Shown here: piece by piece, positions 58,752 to 64,000 of the stretch
Position numbering within the stretch: the first letter of the stretch is position 1
Layout of the letters: each line of letters starts with the position of its first letter
Assembly (NCBI GenBank): GCA_902559345.1
Contig: CACEHH010000004.1
Location: forward strand, 1,458 to 65,457
Length of the DNA: 64,000 nucleotides
Reading direction: 5' to 3'
Origin: an uncultured SAR86 cluster bacterium
GTDB taxonomy: Bacteria; Pseudomonadota; Gammaproteobacteria; Magnimaribacterales; D2472
Notes under the pieces: generated by a model
Told to the model about the DNA's origin: nothing
What the model saw: the letters and a program-made list of their open reading frames with translations, nothing else
Databases searched by the model: none
Made by a program: the position numbers and the translations under genes

Positions 58752-61700
58752 ATGAAATTTATAAATATATTTCTTGATAGACCAAGAATACTCTTTTTAA
58801 CTTTAGCTTTTATATTACTATCAGGCATTTCTTCGGTTTTTACATTGCCAATTCAAGAAAATCCAGAGCTAGCTGAGAGATGGGCAACTGTTACTATATC
58901 TTATCCTGGAGCTACGCCAGAAAGAATAGAAACCCAAGTCGTAGATAATCTTGAAAACAAATTAAGAGAAATTGTTGAGATTGATATTGAGGATTTATCA
59001 TCTGTAATTACTCAAGGGTTTTCTGAAACAATTGTTGAATTGCAACAAAGTGTCCCGCCTGCATTAATAGAAGAAGTTTGGTCAAAAGTCCAAAATAAGA
59101 TTGATCAAATAGAAATGCCTGATGGAGCAACCATGTTGCTTGAAAGGTCATCAGGACCACCAATAACTGTGGAATATATTATTGATTGGAAAGGCGAAGG
59201 TAATGAGCCTATTATTATGATGTCTAGGCTGGCACAACAACTTCAAAAGAAATTAAGTTCTGTTCCCGGTACAGAAAAAACAGCTATATACGGTGAGGCA
59301 GAAGAAGAGATAATTGTAGAAGTTGATTCAGCAAAAATGTCATCTTTAGGATTAACATATCAAGAAATTAGTTTAGCAATTAGATCATATGATAATAAGA
59401 AACCTGTTGGAGTGGTTTCTGATGAATACTCTGAATTTTTAATAAGACTAAAAGATAATATAACTAGTCCACAAAAGATTGGTGAGATACCAGTAAAGGT
59501 AATAAATCAATCAGAAATCATTAGACTTCAAGATATCGCTGAGGTTTCAATGCAACCAGCTAATCCCATTGAAGACATATTTTTATATAACGGTAGAAGG
59601 GTTATATCAGTATCTGCTACCGGATCCTTCTCACAAAGAGTCTTTGAATATGTAGAAAATGTAGATGATCAGGTTGATGATATGCGACAAACATTGCCAG
59701 AAGAATTCCAAATAGAGCGAATATATGATGAATCTATTTACGTTTCTAGCAAATTTGGTGAGCTGATTAAAAGTTTTTCACTAGCATCCTTTTTTGTATT
59801 AAGTCTTAGTTTCTTTTTCTTAGGAATTAGACCAGGAATAATAGTAACAGCTATTTTGCCATTTTCAGTTTCATTGGTTTTACTTGGTTGTAGGCTAATA
59901 GATTTACCTCTACATCAGACGTCTATTACCGGAATAATTATCGCTTTAGGATTATTAATCGATAATGGAATTATAGTTGTTGAAGACTATAAATACAGAA
60001 GATCAATTGGACTTTCAATACGAGAATCCATTAATCAAACTTTAGTCCATATCTCAACACCATTAGCTGCCGCAACTGCAACAACTGTTTTTGCTTTTAT
60101 GCCAATAGTTACTGGAGAAGGCTCCAGTATTGAATTTGTTGGCGGCATGGCACTAACCGTCATAATGTCAATTATTTCATCATTACTATTAGCATTAATT
60201 ATGGTTCCAGTTTTGATGAGTTATATGGAACGCATTCCTTATTTTGCAAATATAAATCTTCATGAAGAAGGATATAAAAATGAAAAAATTCTCAAAAAGT
60301 ATAGAGAATTTCTTACTTGGGCTTTTGATGTCCCAAGACGAGCAATACTGATTTCAATTTCTTTGCCCATGCTAGGCTTTTTATTATTTGGCTCAATACC
60401 AAAAGACTTCTTCCCAGCAAATGATAGAGATATGTTTCGTATTCATATAGAACTACCTACAAATTCATCTTCAACCAAAACTCTTGAACGAGTTCAAGAA
60501 TTAAGACAACAGATAATTGATAGTAATCTTATTGAATTAGATAGAGATTATTGGTTTATAGGAAGGTGGATGCCTAGAGTACTAATGAATATTGTTGGGG
60601 GTGAAGAGAAAAATGGTGCAAATAATCATGCGCAAGCAGTTTTTTTTGCAAAAGATTATTACGAAATGATTGATAATTTGCCAGAGCTTTCAAAAATGTT
60701 AGTTGCTAAAAACTCTGACCTAATTATTTTTGTAGATAGTTTTCAGTCAGGACCACCAGTATTTTCTGATATTCAATACTCCATTATTGGCGATGATGAA
60801 AATGTCCTAAGAGCTATTGGCTCAGAATTAGAGTTAATTATAAATAATGCACCAGATGTTAGTCATACAAAATCTTTAGCAGGCTATTCAAATACTAATA
60901 TAGAATTTGAATTTGATAGTTCTAATATTTCTCTATCTGGAAAAAATACTGAGTTACTTGTAAATGAGTTATACGCTGAAAATAATGGAATTATTGTAAG
61001 TTCAATGCTTGATTCAAATAAAGAAATACCAATAAGGGTTAAGGGTATAAGAGAATCTTCAGATATTATAGGTGATACAAGCTATCTATCAATTCCGTCT
61101 AATGATGGAATTGATTTTATTGGAAATTATGGTGAAGCAAAAATAAATAAGACGACCTCTTACGTTACAAGACGAAATAGTCAAAGAGTTAATCAAGTTG
61201 AGGGATGGATATGGACTGGAACACTGCCTCATAAAACAGAGCAATATCTAGAAGAAAACTTTAGAAAATTTGAAAGCAATTTACCACCAGGATATTCCAT
61301 AATAGTTGGAGGGGAGGCTGAATCTAGAGGCCAATCACAATCTCAAATATTTTCATCAGCACTTATTTATATTTTGTTAATAACCATCGGTCTAGTATTC
61401 GCTTTAAATTCATTTAGACAGACAGCAATTATTTTATCTGTTGCCATTTTTTCTATCGGACTTTCTTTCTTAGGGCTTAAAGTTGGTCAGCAAAACTATG
61501 GTTTTATTGGAACAGTTGGCGCCTTAGGATTAATAGGCCTTTCAATTAATGATTCAATTATTGTCTTATCTCATATTAAAGAAAAGGCTAATCAAATTTC
61601 AATGACAAAGGCTGACCTGATTGAAGTTGTTATTAGATCAACAAGACATATTATTACAACCTCATTAACCACACTAGGTGGATTCCTGCCATTAATATTT

Positions 61701-61820
61701 GCAAATATCTTTTTTAGACCTTTGGCTTGGGGTATGAGCATTGGAGTATTGGGCGCAACTATGACAGCTTTACTATATATACCTGCAATGTTTATTTTGC
61801 TAAAAAGAATTAAGAATTAG
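58752..61820 (+). CDS. RND efflux permease (AcrB/HAE family)
   Basis: 1022 aa with 12 TM helices in a 1+5/1+5 arrangement and two large periplasmic loops. Confidence 0.88.
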   Translation: MKFINIFLDRPRILFLTLAFILLSGISSVFTLPIQENPELAERWATVTISYPGATPERIETQVVDNLENKLREIVEIDIEDLSSVITQGFSETIVELQQSVPPALIEEVWSKVQNKIDQIEMPDGATMLLERSSGPPITVEYIIDWKGEGNEPIIMMSRLAQQLQKKLSSVPGTEKTAIYGEAEEEIIVEVDSAKMSSLGLTYQEISLAIRSYDNKKPVGVVSDEYSEFLIRLKDNITSPQKIGEIPVKVINQSEIIRLQDIAEVSMQPANPIEDIFLYNGRRVISVSATGSFSQRVFEYVENVDDQVDDMRQTLPEEFQIERIYDESIYVSSKFGELIKSFSLASFFVLSLSFFFLGIRPGIIVTAILPFSVSLVLLGCRLIDLPLHQTSITGIIIALGLLIDNGIIVVEDYKYRRSIGLSIRESINQTLVHISTPLAAATATTVFAFMPIVTGEGSSIEFVGGMALTVIMSIISSLLLALIMVPVLMSYMERIPYFANINLHEEGYKNEKILKKYREFLTWAFDVPRRAILISISLPMLGFLLFGSIPKDFFPANDRDMFRIHIELPTNSSSTKTLERVQELRQQIIDSNLIELDRDYWFIGRWMPRVLMNIVGGEEKNGANNHAQAVFFAKDYYEMIDNLPELSKMLVAKNSDLIIFVDSFQSGPPVFSDIQYSIIGDDENVLRAIGSELELIINNAPDVSHTKSLAGYSNTNIEFEFDSSNISLSGKNTELLVNELYAENNGIIVSSMLDSNKEIPIRVKGIRESSDIIGDTSYLSIPSNDGIDFIGNYGEAKINKTTSYVTRRNSQRVNQVEGWIWTGTLPHKTEQYLEENFRKFESNLPPGYSIIVGGEAESRGQSQSQIFSSALIYILLITIGLVFALNSFRQTAIILSVAIFSIGLSFLGLKVGQQNYGFIGTVGALGLIGLSINDSIIVLSHIKEKANQISMTKADLIEVVIRSTRHIITTSLTTLGGFLPLIFANIFFRPLAWGMSIGVLGATMTALLYIPAMFILLKRIKN

Positions 61821-62028
61821 AACAATCTTCTGAGCAGTACTCTTTGCCATGTTTTTTTATAACAATAGACTGGTGCACATAAGTTCCGCATACAGAACAA
61901 TTACTCATTTCATTGGGCTTGTTATCTTCTTTTGAAAAAAAAATCTTATCAATATATGCCTTAGCGGATTTAATTAAGAAATAACTGATTATTGGAACTA
62001 ATAATGATAGTAATAACTTAATAATCAC
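61810..62028 (-). CDS. Small membrane-anchored zinc-ribbon protein (PP0621-like)
   Basis: 72 aa. N-terminal TM helix. C-terminal CSVCGTYVH...YCSEDC. Confidence 0.5.
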   Translation of the reverse strand: MIIKLLLSLLVPIISYFLIKSAKAYIDKIFFSKEDNKPNEMSNCSVCGTYVHQSIVIKKHGKEYCSEDCSNS

Positions 62029-62033
62029 AAATT

Positions 62034-62870
62034 TTAATTAGTTTCACTAGGTTTGGAACTATTTAAAAAATTCCAAGACCAAGCTCTTTGCCTTGATGGC
62101 TGTCTTGATTCTTCGTCTGGGTAATTAATATTGATAACTACTCTTACATCATTTAAAAGATCTGAATATCCTAGCGCTTCATAACTAAACTCTAGAATTT
62201 TAAGAGCTCTATAGTTTTCGCTAGAATTTGGAATATTTTCTATTACGTAGTTTGCTCGTCTTATAGCAGCTACATAAGCATCAATGGTTATGTAATAGTC
62301 TGCTGCTGCTAATTCACTTTTTGCAATCATATTTCTTAGGTAAATATTTCTTTGTTTTGCGTATGGCACATATTGACTATCAGGAAATCTTGTTAAGAAT
62401 TCTGTTAGTTCAGCAAATGACTCTTTTGCACCTGAAATATCTCTATTTGAAAGATCTGTGTCTGAAACTCTTGTTAGGAACTCTCTATCTCTTGTATAAC
62501 TTGAAAGCCCTTTCATGAAATATGCGTAATCAATATTAGGATGTCTCGGATGAAGGCGAATGAATTTTTCGGCTGCGGTGTGGGCAGCCTCAGTTTCAGA
62601 ATTCATAAAATGAGCATATATTAACTCAACTTGAGCTTGTTCGGCATATTTACCAAACGGGTATCTAGTCTCTATTGCTTCAAGAGATTCAATAGCTCCA
62701 TAGAAATTTTTTGCAGTCATTCTTCTTTGTGCCTGGTCATAATAAATTTTTTCTGGCTGCTCAATTTGAGGCCCATCAGAATTACAGCCCACTAGAACAG
62801 ATGAAATTAAAGTTACCAAAATGGTATATTTATATGAATTAATTATATGTTTCATTATTTGATAGGTCAT
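62034..62870 (-). CDS. bamD: Outer membrane protein assembly factor BamD
   Basis: Lipobox LVGC. TPR-like repeats. Divergent from rluD, as in E. coli. Confidence 0.85.
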   Translation of the reverse strand: MTYQIMKHIINSYKYTILVTLISSVLVGCNSDGPQIEQPEKIYYDQAQRRMTAKNFYGAIESLEAIETRYPFGKYAEQAQVELIYAHFMNSETEAAHTAAEKFIRLHPRHPNIDYAYFMKGLSSYTRDREFLTRVSDTDLSNRDISGAKESFAELTEFLTRFPDSQYVPYAKQRNIYLRNMIAKSELAAADYYITIDAYVAAIRRANYVIENIPNSSENYRALKILEFSYEALGYSDLLNDVRVVININYPDEESRQPSRQRAWSWNFLNSSKPSETN

Positions 62871-62940
62871 TTTACCTGCATAATTACATATTGTTCTCTA
62901 AAAACATAAAATTAGAACAATTTTTTTTTAATAAGTTCAT

Positions 62941-63876
62941 ATGGAAATACTAAAAAAGGTTCCTGAAGAATTGTCAGATATAAGGCTTGATAAGGCCTGC
63001 TCGATTATTTTTGAAGATTTTTCTAGAACTCAGCATAAGAGATGGATAATCGAAGGCCGAACTTTATTAAATAATGAGCTAGCCTCTCCAAAGGACATGG
63101 TATGTAAATATGATGAAATACAGATTAATCCTGTTTCAGAGAAAAAAACTTCATGGATGGGAGAAGATGTAGACTTTGACGTAATTAAGAAAGAAAAAGA
63201 TTATTTAATTGTTAATAAACCAAGCAATTTAATCATGCATCCAGGAGCAGGTTGCAATGTTGGAACTTTGGCTAATGGATTAATATTTAGATTTCCTGAG
63301 TTAAAAAATATTCCAAGAGTCGGCATTGTGCACAGATTAGATAAAGATACATCTGGAATAGTTCTAGTAGCAAGAACCGAGAAGTTTAGAAATTATTTTG
63401 TAAACTTACTTCAAGAAAGAAAAGTTAAAAAGGGCTACAAAGCAATTGTTGTTGGTAAGATATTAGGTAGTTTTGAAATTACTGATCCAATTGGTAGAGA
63501 TAAAAATAATAGAACTAAGATGTCAATTAGACCTGATGGAAAAGAAGCCCATACCTTTGTAAAACTTATAGAAAATTATCAAAACTATTCTTTATTAGAT
63601 ATATCAATAAAAACTGGAAGAACTCACCAAATCAGGGTCCATCTAAGTAGTAAAAAACTACCCATAATTGGAGATAGTACATACAATCCATCAAAAAATA
63701 TTGCAAAAGAAACACCCAATGATTTAAAAAATATAATAAGAGACTTCCCTAGACAGGCATTACATTCATATCAATTATCTTTTAAAGATCCAGATTCAAA
63801 TGAAATGCTTAATTTTAATGCGCCAATGCATCAGGACATGGAAAATTTAATTAAAATATTTAAAAAACATATTTAA
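62941..63876 (+). CDS. rluD: 23S rRNA pseudouridine(1911/1915/1917) synthase
   Basis: S4 domain followed by the HRLDKDTSG catalytic motif. 311 aa. Confidence 0.88.
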   Translation: MEILKKVPEELSDIRLDKACSIIFEDFSRTQHKRWIIEGRTLLNNELASPKDMVCKYDEIQINPVSEKKTSWMGEDVDFDVIKKEKDYLIVNKPSNLIMHPGAGCNVGTLANGLIFRFPELKNIPRVGIVHRLDKDTSGIVLVARTEKFRNYFVNLLQERKVKKGYKAIVVGKILGSFEITDPIGRDKNNRTKMSIRPDGKEAHTFVKLIENYQNYSLLDISIKTGRTHQIRVHLSSKKLPIIGDSTYNPSKNIAKETPNDLKNIIRDFPRQALHSYQLSFKDPDSNEMLNFNAPMHQDMENLIKIFKKHI

Positions 63877-63942
63877 AAATACCAAAAAAACTTGTCTTTA
63901 TAAGTAAGATTAATGTATAAACCTTTCTCTTAGGTAATTATT

Positions 63943-64000
63943 ATGAAGCTAGCAGGAAATGATATGTTGATTCAGTCCCTTATCAATGAAGGGGTTGAGT
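63943..64000 (+). CDS. 5' end of a thiamine-diphosphate enzyme, probably acetolactate synthase large subunit (truncated by the window)
   Basis: My translation is MKLAGNDMLIQSLINEGVE. This resembles the G(A/N)..L...L...GV N-terminus of AHAS/TPP enzymes. Only 19 codons are visible. Confidence 0.4.
   Translation, partial: MKLAGNDMLIQSLINEGVE

Noticed and set aside
24978-62518. Remaining short track ORFs nested in tolC, parE, pfk, mpl, rodA, the aminotransferase, holA, leuS (four), accC, yejF/ilvD, hemB, trxA, rho, rsmD/flavin reductase (56309..56500), the RND adaptor (57768..58040, 58338..58538) and bamD
   Set aside because: Same reasoning. Each is fully overlapped by a gene with clear family signatures, and none shows signatures of its own.
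1-64000. Search for CRISPR arrays, IS elements or transposases, prophage blocks, toxin-antitoxin pairs, restriction-modification or other defence systems
   Set aside because: I saw no array-like repeats and no ORFs with nuclease, methylase, transposase or phage structural signatures. The only unknown ORFs are short (65-223 aa) membrane or secreted proteins scattered among core genes.

Overview
AT-rich, tightly packed chromosomal segment. Most genes abut or overlap by 1-20 nt, and seven convergent gene pairs overlap at their 3' ends. Gene content and order indicate a streamlined marine gammaproteobacterium: HemG, LptE/BamD/TolC, ParE/ParC, the rsfS-rlmH-mrdA-rodA-mltB-dac block, leuS-lptE-holA, aroQ-accB-accC and trxA-rho. 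A SAR86-like lineage is my guess from memory, not a computed result. About 60 of the ~65 genes are housekeeping: heme synthesis (hemL, hemG, hemB, hemC, hemD), cell wall, translation, topoisomerase IV, acetyl-CoA carboxylase and Rho. I found no CRISPR array, IS element, intact prophage, toxin-antitoxin pair or recognisable defence system. The non-routine content is concentrated at 13.5-22.8 kb. (1) A clear TPP (THI-box) riboswitch sits directly on the ribosome-binding site of a TonB-dependent receptor. A PnuC-family transporter and a ThiK/choline-kinase-fold kinase follow it, giving a one-switch thiamine scavenging line. (2) A 150-aa ORF has an N-terminus resembling the arm-binding N-terminal domain of tyrosine integrases. 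It lies next to four same-orientation copies of TGTAC(C/T)CATA in the largest non-coding gap of the window. (3) An NAD-dependent formate dehydrogenase sits beside a DUF4212 + sodium:solute symporter pair and an SDR. (4) A blue-tuned (Gln) proteorhodopsin keeps all pump residues but carries a ~21-residue insertion in the helix B-C loop, and no retinal-synthesis genes occur anywhere in the window. Further oddities: a stand-alone DsbD alpha domain where gammaproteobacteria normally have full-length dsbD; four 10-bp-phased GATTTTA repeats in front of aroQ-accBC; a membrane-protein gene apparently split at an A9 run; a duplicated 20-bp operator over the promoter of a TetR-controlled RND pump; a tRNA-Ile(GAU) with no rRNA operon within 10-50 kb on either side. 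All protein calls come from reading the supplied translations for signature motifs and recalled homologs. No database search was run.
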